DNA of 63,706 bases, counting the filler, from Globobulimina sp. (lineage: Eukaryota): assembly GCA_003354225.1 (NCBI GenBank). It is 33 parts of 33 records of this genome, joined end to end, with 100 filler letters (N's around TTAATTAATTAA, not from the genome) between each part and the next. Parts side by side here need not be neighbours in the genome. Positions count along the whole stretch, not along the records: positions 61,876 to 63,706 come from PIVH01011436.1; 32 more parts are not named here. The stretch is one strand, 5' to 3'. Both the position numbers and the translations under genes were made by a program. The notes under the pieces were generated by a model. It worked only from the letters and a program-made list of their open reading frames with translations, was not told the origin of the DNA and ran no database searches. How positions within the stretch are numbered: position 1 is the first letter of the stretch; each line of letters starts with the position of its first letter. Below are positions 63,293-63,706 of the stretch, piece after piece.

Positions 63293-63706
63293 TTAAATCA
63301 TATATTGCTGAATTATCAAACAATCCCAGCCACCATCTTTTGAGAAATTTATATTCCATTTTTTATCATTAAATCTTTGTTTTATTGATTCAGTAAAAAT
63401 CTCACTTAACCAGGATTTATTACTTCTTCTTCCTCTCCTTGCTTTAATAATATATTGAATGGATGGTTTATATGACTCAATCGATGATAAAAATGATAAT
63501 AAACTAAATTTATATTCTTTTGCTCGTAATGTTGTATGAATAACAATTTTATTGAGATTTGTAAATATGGGAAATATTTTGGGATTTATTACATTTAAAT
63601 ATGAATTATTCTCTCTATAAATAAGTAAATCACTTAATTCCGCAAAATATGTTAATATGACATTCATTTTAATAAATCTGTTTTTTTATTTACAAATAAA
63701 TGAAAT
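63293..63706 (-). CDS. C-terminus of a hypothetical protein, 5'-partial
   Basis: 124-aa ORF convergent with the DUF4050 gene. Confidence 0.55.

Overview
This is not a contiguous locus. It is 33 unrelated contigs of about 1.83 kb, sorted by length and joined by 32 artificial 100-nt linkers (N44-TTAATTAATTAA-N44), so neighbourhood is only meaningful within a contig. Most DNA is AT-rich, gene-dense and eukaryotic, with short GT-AG introns (57-159 nt) and the standard code. The gene-family profile suggests a rhizarian, probably a foraminiferan (inference). Recognisable host genes: Prp8, PRMT1, three G-alpha-like genes, an RGS tail, a TKL kinase, a GH18 chitinase, and TLC, MyTH4-FERM, WD40, ankyrin, C2H2, Med20-like, HSPA12-like, DUF179, aspartylglucosaminidase, GNAT, CH and CAP-Gly proteins. 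Mobile DNA: an LTR gag, a divergent LINE-like RT, a copia RT, hAT MITEs with a perfect 8-bp TSD, and foldback elements. Several contig ends are abrupt chimeras with bacterial gene fragments (recB, pta, ppdK, miaB, GH2, aminopeptidase P, URO-D family), consistent with whole-genome amplification of a host plus microbiome. Best leads: (1) a single-pass receptor-like ORF joining a bulb-lectin-like ectodomain to a cytoplasmic Not4-type RRM-CCCH module; (2) a shared F-box-like N-terminal motif on three unrelated domain types; (3) three head-to-head gene pairs with 55-56 bp between start codons; (4) a nested multi-level palindrome. All family calls come from motif recognition by eye; no database search was run.
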